A program made the position numbers and the translations under genes. Positions 10,492-20,225 of a stretch of DNA of 64,000 nucleotides are shown here, piece after piece (the stretch's first letter is position 1; each line of letters starts with the position of its first letter). The notes beneath the pieces were generated by a model, which was given only the letters and a program-made list of their open reading frames with translations, did not search any database and was not told where the DNA came from. The stretch is from a virus (taxonomy: Duplodnaviria; Caudoviricetes), in the IMG/VR virus record IMGVR_UViG_3300006851_000007, positions 60,781-124,780 of that record; one strand, written 5' to 3'.

Positions 10492-10840
10492 GGTTGCGAC
10501 ATCATTTGAAAAAGATGTTTCAAATCTGATTACCCATGGCACCACCAGGCCGAAAAAACCAGTCTCCAGACTGCGAGCTGGAGTCAGAAGCGGTCTGGTT
10601 GGGGCTATTGGTGGTGCTGCCCAAGGGTATATTTCTAGCCAGGCATTAAACATCGCTGCTGACTCTCTTGCGGGCAAGGGTCCGAAGATTAGTCTTGTTA
10701 CCCCCCAGCATAAAATCTTTACCGCTCTAGGCGGAGCAATTGGGGGAGCGAGAGGCTTTCATAGAGGGATGAGAGGGCTTGGTCCTGCCAGAGGGGCCAG
10801 AGTTAGGGTTCATGGACTCAATTCTAGTTATGATCGATAA
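10475..10840 (+). CDS. basic glycine-zipper protein (putative internal/ejected head protein)
   Basis: MTILLKVA leader; GLVGAIGGAAQG and ALGGAIGGARG. Confidence 0.6.
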   Translation: MTILLKVATSFEKDVSNLITHGTTRPKKPVSRLRAGVRSGLVGAIGGAAQGYISSQALNIAADSLAGKGPKISLVTPQHKIFTALGGAIGGARGFHRGMRGLGPARGARVRVHGLNSSYDR

Positions 10841-10867
10841 ATACCAATATAAGGAGAGTGCAACATC

Positions 10868-11275
10868 ATGGCTGTCTTACTGAAAATTGCGCGTAAAAAG
10901 AAGAAGGGTTCAGAAAAATTTAAGCCAGGCCTGCTTACGAGGATTGACGATGCAATAGTTGATATGGGTAGCAAGAAACGGCTAGCCCTCAGTACAGCTG
11001 CAGGAGCCACCGTAGGAACGATGATCGGCTCGACTGTACCTACTCTTCTCGGGGATAACAGAGGTACAGCCGCCGCATTGGGCGGTGCCCTGGGTGCAGC
11101 CGTTGGGGGCTTGGAGGGGTACATGACTCAAGCCTACAGCGAGCCATACTGGGACAAAATGAGGGAAGAGAGGGATGAAAGGGTGCGCAAGGGTGAGCCG
11201 TACAGCTATAATACTTTTAGCAAGCACAGCATAAACCCTGTGAGACACTACTTGCCATTCCGGTGGAGGAGTTAA
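10868..11275 (+). CDS. basic glycine-zipper protein (putative internal/ejected head protein)
   Basis: AAGGAG RBS; MAVLLKIA leader; ALGGALGAAVGGLEG. Confidence 0.6.
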   Translation: MAVLLKIARKKKKGSEKFKPGLLTRIDDAIVDMGSKKRLALSTAAGATVGTMIGSTVPTLLGDNRGTAAALGGALGAAVGGLEGYMTQAYSEPYWDKMREERDERVRKGEPYSYNTFSKHSINPVRHYLPFRWRS

Positions 11276-11280
11276 GTAAA

Positions 11281-11424
11281 ATGAGCTTAGTACTAAAGGT
11301 TGCAAAACAGAATATAGACCTACAAACTAGGAAAATAGACAAAATCCTAGATATGAGTGATGAGGATAGGGTAAGGAGGGGTACCATTTCGGGCGCCGCA
11401 TCGGGTGGCACTGTACCTGGTTAA
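11281..11424 (+). CDS. 47-aa short member of the L-K-x-A leader family (not in ORF track)
   Basis: hand translation MSLVLKVAKQNIDLQTRKIDKILDMSDEDRVRRGTISGAASGGTVPG*; GGAG upstream; fills the gap between neighbours. Confidence 0.6.
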   Translation: MSLVLKVAKQNIDLQTRKIDKILDMSDEDRVRRGTISGAASGGTVPG

Positions 11425-11450
11425 TTATAGCAGGCAAAAAAGGAGAATGA

Positions 11451-11933
11451 GTGAGCCAAAGACTGTCTTATGAAATAGAAGTCCCAGAGCGAATAGTTGA
11501 TCACATCCGCATATATATTGGGGATTTGCCTGAACTAAACCGTCTAATAGAAGGTACAGAGCTTAGTAATGAGCGAATCACATTGGCAGTCCAGCTGTGG
11601 ATTCAATCATTTAATGCAACACCTCCGAAAACAATAACTAAATACAATGTTTTTAATTTCCCCGATCATTTAACTCTGTTTCACGGTGTTGTCATTGAGC
11701 TGCTAAAGATGGCTGGCATTGTCCAGACTAGAAATCACCTGAATTTCAGCGACAGTGGGGCAAGCTTTAGTGTCTCGGACAAGGGGAGTGCGTATATGGG
11801 TTGGATACAAAACTTTATGCAAACCCACCTAAATCAGGTAAGATCGCTAAAGATAGGAATCAATGCTGACGAGGGCTTCAAGCACATTGATAGCCCGGAT
11901 GGCTATTGGCCATACACAGGAGAAGGGATATGA
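11451..11933 (+). CDS. putative head-tail adaptor/neck protein
   Basis: AAGGAG RBS + GTG; helical protein starting IRIYIGD; lies between capsid and sheath. Confidence 0.5.
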   Translation: MSQRLSYEIEVPERIVDHIRIYIGDLPELNRLIEGTELSNERITLAVQLWIQSFNATPPKTITKYNVFNFPDHLTLFHGVVIELLKMAGIVQTRNHLNFSDSGASFSVSDKGSAYMGWIQNFMQTHLNQVRSLKIGINADEGFKHIDSPDGYWPYTGEGI

Positions 11934-12550
11934 CTGTATTGTTTACAACAGCAAATAATGATTTTTTCATCAAGACAGCAAGAAAAAGAACCAGGAAAAG
12001 GAAACTCAGAACGCGAGGTGAAGAGTCCTGGCACCAAGCTAAGCGGCATGCAAAAATGGGGCTTGTTAGAGGAGGGCTTTTGGGGACTGTCGGTGGTGCT
12101 CTGGCTGGCGGGGTTACAGGTTCGCAGGCTGGTGTTGGTGGCGCCCTGGCTGGCGCTGCGGGGGGAGCTGCGCTCGGTGGTATGGCTGGTGCGTCCGGTG
12201 GTGCTTTAGGGGGGGGTATGCTAGGGGCGGCTGGTGGCGCCGCCAGGAGAGATGAAGGGAGAGTATTGGAAACACCATCAAGCATAATACTGGATGACGC
12301 TAAAAGGGGAGCTGTTGGGGGCAGTTTGGTGTCGGGAACATTAGGCGCCTTAGGGGGAGCTGCGGTTGGTGGGCTTGTAGGTTCGCAGGCTGGTGGTACT
12401 CCTGGCGCCATGGCTGGCATCTTAGGGGGAGCTGCGCTCGGTGGTGTGTCTAGTGCGGCTAGTGGTGCTGTAAGCGGCGGGATCAACAGTGCTATCGATA
12501 GTTCTATATATCAGGGTGTTAAACATCTTCGATCTAAGAGAAAGCGCTGA
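11930..12550 (+). CDS. long glycine-zipper protein with internal duplication
   Basis: ATGA overlap favours start 11930; FFIKTA motif; two Gly/Ala halves with DNA repeat aggttcgcaggctggtg at 12118 and 12379. Confidence 0.6.
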   Translation: MTVLFTTANNDFFIKTARKRTRKRKLRTRGEESWHQAKRHAKMGLVRGGLLGTVGGALAGGVTGSQAGVGGALAGAAGGAALGGMAGASGGALGGGMLGAAGGAARRDEGRVLETPSSIILDDAKRGAVGGSLVSGTLGALGGAAVGGLVGSQAGGTPGAMAGILGGAALGGVSSAASGAVSGGINSAIDSSIYQGVKHLRSKRKR

Positions 12551-12553
12551 CTA

Positions 12554-13315
12554 ATGGCGGTACACGTTAGGTACATAAAGGCGATACCGTGGCCAGGTAA
12601 GGGCTGGAGGATACAGTGGTCTGTTGGCGGTCTTGAACCCACCGACGAGATCGTTCTTGAGAGATCCTCTAGCCCGGAGGGTCCGTGGGATGAGGTCGCA
12701 CTTCTGCCATATAATGTGATATCTTTTGAGGATGAGTGGCCAACAAATAGGAGTTTTTTTAGCGAGTGGTATTACCGAATACGGGTTGGCAGCACAGAGT
12801 CTGTGCCTGTGTGCAGCAAGGAGTCGGGCAGCCTTGTAACAAACGAGATTATCAGACAGCACGAGGCTATTTTAAAGGGGATGAATGGCCGTCCCGGGTA
12901 TATGTCTGCGCATTTTGCGTGCTATAAACGAACTCTACAAGGCACGAAGTGTCACTACTGTAGAGACAAAGTGACTGGCGAAATCATTATCAGCAAATGT
13001 GACGTGTGCAAGGGTGTTGGGTATATAGAGGGGTGGTCAAATCCGGTTAAATTTTACGGAAGATGGCTTACTCCTATTCACAGGGTTACCCAGCTGTCCA
13101 ATTTTGAGAATGAGGAAGAAGGCAGAACTATGGCTATGGCTGCATACCCAATAATAGAACCTGGAGATGTCCTGGCTGAAAAGGGTACGGGGAAGGTGTA
13201 CAGGGTCCGTCAGGTAACTTCCGTTGAGCCTAACAACATAGTGATCAGTCAAAATATCGTCTGTTCTCTCATAAATAGAGACTTTATTGAGAGCAAGCTG
13301 GAGTTTCCAGAATAA
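12554..13315 (+). CDS. putative neck/head-closure protein (FN3-like N-terminus, Zn finger)
   Basis: W..VLERSSSPEGPW..WYYRIR FN3-like segment; CHYC..CDVCKGVG; position before tail completion and sheath genes. Confidence 0.5.
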   Translation: MAVHVRYIKAIPWPGKGWRIQWSVGGLEPTDEIVLERSSSPEGPWDEVALLPYNVISFEDEWPTNRSFFSEWYYRIRVGSTESVPVCSKESGSLVTNEIIRQHEAILKGMNGRPGYMSAHFACYKRTLQGTKCHYCRDKVTGEIIISKCDVCKGVGYIEGWSNPVKFYGRWLTPIHRVTQLSNFENEEEGRTMAMAAYPIIEPGDVLAEKGTGKVYRVRQVTSVEPNNIVISQNIVCSLINRDFIESKLEFPE

Positions 13316-13971
13316 TGTTTGTTCTTGCACCAGAAAGTGTGGTTGTTGGATTCTTGAAGGCGTTTTTCTCCCAGGAAGAGCTGTACAGGGGGGTGAAAAA
13401 CGAGTTTAGATATTCAGACAACCAGACGATGAGTAAGCTAAATATCGTCATGTCGGAGACATTCAATGAGGGTTTAGAAAATATGGTTCCGGCCCTCATA
13501 GTAACCGAGGGTGGGTTCAGTGAAAACATCCAGGTTATGGATAACAGGGTACATAATAGCTATAGAACCTTTAGTCAGGCACACAGGGCGTCATTCTTCC
13601 ATCCTATTACAATTCATTGTGTGGCTGCACGTAAAGGTGCTTCTAAAGTACTGCAGGCTGCGACCGCTCAGGCGTTCGTATTCTTCAGGAAAATAATATA
13701 CGAACTTGGAGTTGATAGCATTTCGCCCATCAATGGGATGCCTCCCCAAAGATTATCGTCTTCGGATGAAAAAATTCCCGGTCCTTACGATTGTGCGATA
13801 CAATTTACAATGAAGATGGACCAGGTTTGGCTGCTAGAGTCTGATGGCGATATTGAAGAGGCGGTAAAAATCAAAATATTGGCAGCAATCGATCGTATTG
13901 AATACGACGAATCTGGAAATATTATTACACCAAAAGATTTATGGTTGAAGCAAGACGTTTCAATCTTATAG
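13315..13971 (+). CDS. putative tail terminator/completion protein
   Basis: 218 aa, immediately upstream of sheath. Confidence 0.45.
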   Translation: MFVLAPESVVVGFLKAFFSQEELYRGVKNEFRYSDNQTMSKLNIVMSETFNEGLENMVPALIVTEGGFSENIQVMDNRVHNSYRTFSQAHRASFFHPITIHCVAARKGASKVLQAATAQAFVFFRKIIYELGVDSISPINGMPPQRLSSSDEKIPGPYDCAIQFTMKMDQVWLLESDGDIEEAVKIKILAAIDRIEYDESGNIITPKDLWLKQDVSIL

Positions 13972-13981
13972 GAGATTAATA

Positions 13982-16663
13982 ATGCCTAACGAGCCTGGAG
14001 TAAGAGTACGACAAGAGGAGATTGGTCAAGTTATCCAACCTGCAGAAGCCGAACTCCCCACCTGTATTGTAGGTAGGCTTTATCATGTTGTAAACAATGG
14101 TCTTGTTGAGGGGTCTACCTTCGACCCTCTGGAGGAGGATGATCAGGCGTTTTTGTGGCCAGAGAAAAAGATCGGAACAGTTGTTGATCTTGCAGGAACG
14201 AGAAATGGCCTCATTGACTCACAAAGAAGAGATTTGGCTGACTTTGTCCCATCGTTCAACCTTGTCGTTGACGGTGACTACAGATTTCCAATCAATGACA
14301 AGGATGTTGTAGGACTCAACCAAGATGGTTTTCTGATAAAACCTTCAGCAAAAGACCACTTACACAGAACCTCTGTCAATGCTTTTGTTGTTCAGGTTGA
14401 TGGCCAGCCGATTGTTTACAACCCGGATGGGGGACTGTCTGAGGTCCGTCCAGGTGATAGATTTAAGATCGGTCAGGACAGATTTACTGTCGTGTCATCC
14501 ACAGACTCAAAGATGGTTGTCTCCGAGGACGTTAGCGGCAGCTCCAGTAACTTGGTTAGGTATGAATCTAGCGATACAGTCGATTTGTCTATCACCCCTT
14601 CGACTATCGATGGTCGTGTGATCATAGAGATTTCCGGAGAATCTTTCATGTCCGCGGATGTCGAAGATCTTGTTGTCGTTGGAGTGCCTATGGGTGGCTT
14701 GACGTCCATGACGGGAACCTTGAACGGAACGATGGTGTCTGGCCTCAATTTTGGTACAGCCGTATCGTTTGAGGAGGTTCAAGATAATGTTGTTCGTGTC
14801 GTCAACGGCTCTGAAGTGTACTTTAGCAAGGTTGTGGAGCTCGACTCTCTATCTGGAGTAGTTATGCTGGATGACCCGGTCGGCCAAGATGGTAATGTCA
14901 GTGTCACATTCATGCGCTCCCAAATAGGATACGTTGAATCTTATTCGCCCTACGAGATTGTGGCGGTCGTGCCAGAATCCTTCTCAGACTCGTTGGGGTT
15001 CGTGGAATTGTCATCCGATAGGATTTCATTTAACGTTTATCCGGAATTTGAAGTTGAGGCCAGCTACAGAGCTTTGAGGAAAGACCTTGTGAACGAGAGC
15101 TTTTCTGCGTCGTCGTTGTCCGAATTGCTGGAATCTGTAGGTCATACAAGTGTCGATTATAATGACGGGTTACTCTTTGCTGTAAATCTAGCCATCAACG
15201 CTCAACCTACAGAAGCTAATGTGTATTTCATTCCCGTGGATGACGAGCCTGACGGACATTCTGGGCTATCCGAGAATAGAAGTATTGAAGAGGGGTATCA
15301 GCTTGCTCTGGAGGCTGCTGAATCGATCGACGTTTACAATATTGTAACTCTCGACAGAAGCCCTGCAATCTATTCCGCACTGGAGTCTCATGTCTTGAGT
15401 ATGTCCACCGAGGAAGAAGGGGCGTGGAGGCGAGGCTTTATGTACGAGCCGGTCCCTTCGGGTAGATTTGAAAGCACCTCTGGGGAGGTTTCTCCAGGAC
15501 GAGTTGTTGGGGGTATAGGCGGCAACGATAGTGGGAACAAAGTCATTCGGGATAAAAATATCGACTTTGTGACTGAGGCCGGGGTCAAAGAGGGTACGAA
15601 GGTTGTTATCACATTCCCGGAGCAGTTGGCTGGAGAATATCAAGCCTTAGGCACCACCACAGACAATGATCTTATTTTAGACGGAATCGATTTTGATATC
15701 TATAGAGAGTTTAACGTCCCTGTAATGGATGTTGAAACCATAGGTGGACTGCACCAGTTTTCCGGCGCAGCGACCGGACAGTTTTCTCACGTAGAGCCGG
15801 GTGACTATGTTGAAGCGGAAATAGATAATAACGTATTCAGGATGAAAGTCACGCTTGTTAGTGGCGATGGAACCATGCTTGAGGCGCAAGATGAGGTGCC
15901 CACAGAGGTTTCCTTTCCAAGCGGAACCACAGCTTCAAATGTGTCGATAATTCGTAGCTGGGATACAGTTAGATATCATATTAGCCCGCTATCTAAGGAG
16001 GAACAGGTCGAGGAGCTCATCAACAGAAAGTCGGTAGCCAATAGGAGGTTTACAGTTACTCTTGATTACTCTCCCACGATGGTTGTCGGCAGTGATGAAA
16101 GCGGAAATCCTGTAAGGAAAGAGCTGAATCCGTCCTTATCTCTATGCGGTATAGCAGCCAAGAGGTCGGGCCTCAGGGCATTTGATGAAGTCAGTAATCT
16201 TTTTGTCGGAGGTGGGGTTGAGGGTGTCAGCTACGGGTACGCCTACTTTAAAAGAAGTCAAATGAGAAGGCTGTCAGATGCGGGATTCACACTCCTGACG
16301 CAAAAATCGAGAGATGCTCAACCTTATATCCGAGATATGATCACGTCCGACACCAGCAGCATTGTGACTCAGGAGGAGATCGTTACAGCCGGGGCTGACT
16401 GGCAATCGAAAAGCCTGACCAGGAGCTTCCAGTCACCTCCGGGACAAAGGTTTCAAATCATCGACGATTGGCTTATGGGACTCAGGGCTATTCAGGCTGA
16501 TGCTATCCTCAAGTCCTGGGTTGGAGAGGGAAGACTCACCGATTATGAACTCGTGTCGGTTGGCAGAAATGATTTAAATAAAAGGCAGACCGATATTGTG
16601 TATATTGGATACTTCCCTGTAGCAGAAAAAGAAATTGAATTTACCATCCAAATAACGGTGTAA
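13982..16663 (+). CDS. contractile tail sheath protein
   Basis: begins MPNEPGVRVRQE..LPTCIVG; sheath-like C-terminus (LSDAGFTLL..FPVAEKEIEFTI); followed by tube gene. Confidence 0.85.
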   Translation: MPNEPGVRVRQEEIGQVIQPAEAELPTCIVGRLYHVVNNGLVEGSTFDPLEEDDQAFLWPEKKIGTVVDLAGTRNGLIDSQRRDLADFVPSFNLVVDGDYRFPINDKDVVGLNQDGFLIKPSAKDHLHRTSVNAFVVQVDGQPIVYNPDGGLSEVRPGDRFKIGQDRFTVVSSTDSKMVVSEDVSGSSSNLVRYESSDTVDLSITPSTIDGRVIIEISGESFMSADVEDLVVVGVPMGGLTSMTGTLNGTMVSGLNFGTAVSFEEVQDNVVRVVNGSEVYFSKVVELDSLSGVVMLDDPVGQDGNVSVTFMRSQIGYVESYSPYEIVAVVPESFSDSLGFVELSSDRISFNVYPEFEVEASYRALRKDLVNESFSASSLSELLESVGHTSVDYNDGLLFAVNLAINAQPTEANVYFIPVDDEPDGHSGLSENRSIEEGYQLALEAAESIDVYNIVTLDRSPAIYSALESHVLSMSTEEEGAWRRGFMYEPVPSGRFESTSGEVSPGRVVGGIGGNDSGNKVIRDKNIDFVTEAGVKEGTKVVITFPEQLAGEYQALGTTTDNDLILDGIDFDIYREFNVPVMDVETIGGLHQFSGAATGQFSHVEPGDYVEAEIDNNVFRMKVTLVSGDGTMLEAQDEVPTEVSFPSGTTASNVSIIRSWDTVRYHISPLSKEEQVEELINRKSVANRRFTVTLDYSPTMVVGSDESGNPVRKELNPSLSLCGIAAKRSGLRAFDEVSNLFVGGGVEGVSYGYAYFKRSQMRRLSDAGFTLLTQKSRDAQPYIRDMITSDTSSIVTQEEIVTAGADWQSKSLTRSFQSPPGQRFQIIDDWLMGLRAIQADAILKSWVGEGRLTDYELVSVGRNDLNKRQTDIVYIGYFPVAEKEIEFTIQITV

Positions 16664-16665
16664 TC

Positions 16666-17328
16666 ATGAGCTTCCAACAAAGAGAATATCCAAAATCAAC
16701 TTTCGATAACTGGGACTTCAGAAACCATCATGTTGGTTTTGATCAGGGTGGCGCTAACACTAATGCAATTACGCCCGAAAACTTCTTCATTGCCGCGGGG
16801 CCTGCCAGACTACAGCAAGTTGGTGAGGATTTTTCCAACAAGGTGTTCCCTCTGGGTATGACTGAACAGGCTTCGGTGAACCAGCAAAAAGCCGTACAGC
16901 CCATCAGGGAAATTGGATCTAGAAGAAGTTACCACATTTCCAGCTACTCTACAGGACAAATAAGCCTGAGCAGGGTCATGTATAGCCAGGCCTCCCTCCT
17001 GAGAGTGTTAACCGTCGCCAATGATGATTATGACGACCTAGATAGCCCAGCTGGAGCGAAGTCTCATAGGCCATTTTCTGGAGATGTAGGTGGAGATACA
17101 AGAGATCCATCCTTCTATATCAACCTTCAGTCTACTATTTTTGATAGACCTATCGGTCTCCTTTTTTACATTTTAGACCAGAGGAACCAACCATATGGAG
17201 CCATGTATGCAGAAGATGTTATGATTCAAACTCACGGGTTTGGTCTTTCTGCACAAGGTATTAGCATTTCGGAGCAAGTATCCCTCGTGTTCGATAGGAT
17301 GGTTCCTGTTGCTGTTAGAGGTGCGTAA
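16666..17328 (+). CDS. tail tube protein
   Basis: directly after sheath; PIREIGSRR, ISLSRV, IQTHGF..ISEQVSL pattern. Confidence 0.75.
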   Translation: MSFQQREYPKSTFDNWDFRNHHVGFDQGGANTNAITPENFFIAAGPARLQQVGEDFSNKVFPLGMTEQASVNQQKAVQPIREIGSRRSYHISSYSTGQISLSRVMYSQASLLRVLTVANDDYDDLDSPAGAKSHRPFSGDVGGDTRDPSFYINLQSTIFDRPIGLLFYILDQRNQPYGAMYAEDVMIQTHGFGLSAQGISISEQVSLVFDRMVPVAVRGA

Positions 17329-17672
17329 TGTATAGCACATATCAAGCCACCCTGGATGCAGGTAGAGCAGGGAGGGTTGTCAGAGTCGAGAAGGTGATGA
17401 ATCTTGATGGTAGTCAGGATTCTGTGGTCGCTACAAGTAGGGGTAAGGCCTTCTTTGCGATAAAAGTTGAGGGTGCCAGTGTATCGTATGAAGTTAGAGA
17501 GAGGCCCTTCAGCGAGTCCAGCGAATGGGCCTACAGGGTTATCTCCAGCGGCACCATCGATGATGGAAATGTTGAGTTGTTGTCGTTTGACGACATCATC
17601 GGAAACTCGGTGGAGATTATCATTTCTTCCGATGGTCCGTCCACAGTGCTTGTAGAAGGGGTGGCATACTGA
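17328..17672 (+). CDS. small beta-rich virion protein
   Basis: TAATG coupling to tube gene; beta-sandwich-like composition. Confidence 0.5.
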   Translation: MYSTYQATLDAGRAGRVVRVEKVMNLDGSQDSVVATSRGKAFFAIKVEGASVSYEVRERPFSESSEWAYRVISSGTIDDGNVELLSFDDIIGNSVEIIISSDGPSTVLVEGVAY

Positions 17673-18157
17673 TGTTTAAATTCTTTCTCAACTCCGAAGG
17701 GGGTGCTCTCGCCTTTAAAAAAGAGGAAGATACTGTTAAATTTCCAGACACACCTATGGCAGTCGTAAGCTCAAATGCCATCCCCCCTCCTCCGGGTGTA
17801 GACGGGGACTCCCCTCCGGATGTAGACAGGTTTTTGGATGTATCTTCGTTTCGGTCGGCACTTTTATGCGTTTCCACATCGAGCCCCTCCACGACCTACA
17901 GTCTCTCATATTTTATGGCCAAAAAAACGGGTGTTGCCAAAGATGTTCCCTTTATGTTCGATTTCGAGTTCGATTTGAGTGGGAATATTGCAAGGGGTAT
18001 TGATGTCAGCCTTTTTGACAAAATATATGTCATGCCTGTAGAGGTGTCTGGGGGTTCTGTCACCGTTGAGGTGGGGGTCGCCCTGTGGGATGGAGAGAGG
18101 GGATCGCCACCTGAAGTTAACATTACTGAGGTTACTATTCCTGGTGATAATCCCTGA
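17672..18157 (+). CDS. hypothetical virion protein
   Basis: coupled ORF in the structural operon. Confidence 0.5.
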   Translation: MFKFFLNSEGGALAFKKEEDTVKFPDTPMAVVSSNAIPPPPGVDGDSPPDVDRFLDVSSFRSALLCVSTSSPSTTYSLSYFMAKKTGVAKDVPFMFDFEFDLSGNIARGIDVSLFDKIYVMPVEVSGGSVTVEVGVALWDGERGSPPEVNITEVTIPGDNP

Positions 18158-18171
18158 CCTGGAGGTGTGCA

Positions 18172-18873
18172 TTGAAAAGTCTCGCTGGTTTAAGAAATGC
18201 AGTATTTAATATACTGAGAATGATGATGGTTTATGTAGGATCATCTCCGGTTTGGAGTAGCTCCTCATACAGTTCTTCTCCACCTTGGACCACAAACAAC
18301 GGTGTCGACCTAAGGGGTTCTGTCAAGACTATTGTGTCTGCCCATCTCAAGCAAAATCCCGACAAGTTTGGATTTCTATTTGTGGTGCAAGATGTTCCTC
18401 AGGGACAACCGCCAAATCATAATGTATCCTTGACTATAAACGGGATAGAGATAACTAAGGCGTTTGATGAATTTGCAGATGTGTATGGGTTTTTACATGC
18501 CTTTAAATTAGAAATAGACAATGATGCTACACTATCCTCCACCGTAGACTGTGTGATAGTATATACTGATGATGAAAATGAAGCTCTATATGTGTACAAC
18601 AAAGATAGAAATGATCTGAATATGTCTGTAGATTTGGACGCCAACGGGTCAGACATGCATATCCGAAAAGACTCCACAACTGCATCCATAAGGGTGTGGC
18701 TGCTGGCTGATGACAACAGGTGGGTTATGGCTAACGATGGTGAGTTTGAAGATATATCCCATTATGGGATGACAGAAAGGTTGTCCACAGCAGGGTTTCG
18801 GAAAATTTATATCCAAGTGTATGATGCTGACGGGCATGTAGATGTTCGTGTTGGCCCTGCGTATATGTCATGA
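18172..18873 (+). CDS. hypothetical virion protein
   Basis: GGAGG RBS + TTG; beta-rich. Confidence 0.5.
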   Translation: MKSLAGLRNAVFNILRMMMVYVGSSPVWSSSSYSSSPPWTTNNGVDLRGSVKTIVSAHLKQNPDKFGFLFVVQDVPQGQPPNHNVSLTINGIEITKAFDEFADVYGFLHAFKLEIDNDATLSSTVDCVIVYTDDENEALYVYNKDRNDLNMSVDLDANGSDMHIRKDSTTASIRVWLLADDNRWVMANDGEFEDISHYGMTERLSTAGFRKIYIQVYDADGHVDVRVGPAYMS

Positions 18874-19085
18874 GTATAACCGGAAGCTCTATATCTAAAA
18901 GAAGGCCAAAAAAGGGCCGTGTTGCGGGGTACGTATTTCCTATCCAGAGGTTTCTAAATGAAGGCAAGACAGCTTTAATGTCTCCCTGGAATGCTGGCAG
19001 AGAACGTTTTATTAGCAGAGAAGCTCCAACACCAATTTATGATATGTTGGAAATGGAGCCCGACCCCACAACTGACGATATTTAG
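18870..19085 (+). CDS. small hypothetical protein
   Basis: ATGA overlap with upstream gene. Confidence 0.45.
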   Translation: MSITGSSISKRRPKKGRVAGYVFPIQRFLNEGKTALMSPWNAGRERFISREAPTPIYDMLEMEPDPTTDDI

Positions 19086-19114
19086 GGTAAGCGGCAACAG
19101 CAAGAAGGTTTTCA

Positions 19115-20218
19115 ATGGCAAGATATATAACTGACTGGACATTTCAAGGTAGGCATAAATACGACGATGATGAGTATTGGGAGAGGTACATATCCAACCT
19201 AAGAGACGGCTTCAGGATAAAAACGCAGGGCTCGGACATTATTGTGAGCGATATTGGGTATTGGGATAACGGACTGACTAGCCAAAGCAACGGACATCCA
19301 TATTGTTTTATTATAAAGATTTCAAATATTGAGTTTGCGATAGTGGTTCATAGAAACAGATACGTCACAAGTTCGGGATCAAGAAGGATGGATAGACTGT
19401 TTGGCGGCGATGGCTATCTTGGTTTCTTTTGGGGTCGAGACATTTCAGGTAGCACGATCACCTCGAATAGTGAATCTGGTTTCTACATCTTTTTTAATAA
19501 CTCCTCAGGGTCCTGGGTGACACCTATGGGTTTTGATGACCCTGTCAATATGACGTACAGTAATGGAGACTTTCAACATACAGCAATCAACCCATACACA
19601 CATTTTAGTGATTGGCATCCCGGTGCTCCCGGACAAAACATAAGCCCCGTCGTAATGAATGACCCAGGTTGGTCATCAAGTCTATCCAGGGTGTTTTTTA
19701 TACTAAACGATACGACCGAGAGTGAGTTTGTAGCCATCTACACAACTGATCTTTCCAGGCCTTTTATTAAAAATATAGGTATCATCGGCAATATTTTTAT
19801 AAATGACGACCCTTCTGACACAAATCATGGTGGGCTATTTGTACAACAACTCGACTTCACCTATAATACCAATACCGCCCCACAGAGATATGTTGAAGCA
19901 TTCGGTTTAAATGGTCAAAATGGAAGCGAGGTGTTCAATATAACCCACAACACCAACGCCACAGTGTACAACAGTCCTAACACTGAAGGTCAATACCCAT
20001 GGTGGCCGGTGGAGGTAACATCGAGCTCATACTCAAAGGGTTGGATTAATACAGACATTCTCAGGGTTTGCGGGGCTAACGATATAACCCATTATGGGAA
20101 GCTCTTCAGCGGCCCGGATGGTCCGTTTCTAAAGTTGTCCGACTGGATGATCTACCCGTATGTACAAGACCATCCCATGTTGCCATTTCCTCCACAAGAA
20201 AGCGATATTATAAGGTGA
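19115..20218 (+). CDS. hypothetical virion/fibre-associated protein
   Basis: 367 aa; Trp/Tyr/Asn-rich beta composition. Confidence 0.5.
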   Translation: MARYITDWTFQGRHKYDDDEYWERYISNLRDGFRIKTQGSDIIVSDIGYWDNGLTSQSNGHPYCFIIKISNIEFAIVVHRNRYVTSSGSRRMDRLFGGDGYLGFFWGRDISGSTITSNSESGFYIFFNNSSGSWVTPMGFDDPVNMTYSNGDFQHTAINPYTHFSDWHPGAPGQNISPVVMNDPGWSSSLSRVFFILNDTTESEFVAIYTTDLSRPFIKNIGIIGNIFINDDPSDTNHGGLFVQQLDFTYNTNTAPQRYVEAFGLNGQNGSEVFNITHNTNATVYNSPNTEGQYPWWPVEVTSSSYSKGWINTDILRVCGANDITHYGKLFSGPDGPFLKLSDWMIYPYVQDHPMLPFPPQESDIIR

Positions 20219-20225
20219 TACTGTC

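Noticed and set aside
11878-12486. Pro/Ala-rich 202-aa minus-strand ORF and similar antisense ORFs throughout the track
   Set aside because: Shadow frames of GGN-rich or otherwise well-supported sense genes; no RBS or operon context.
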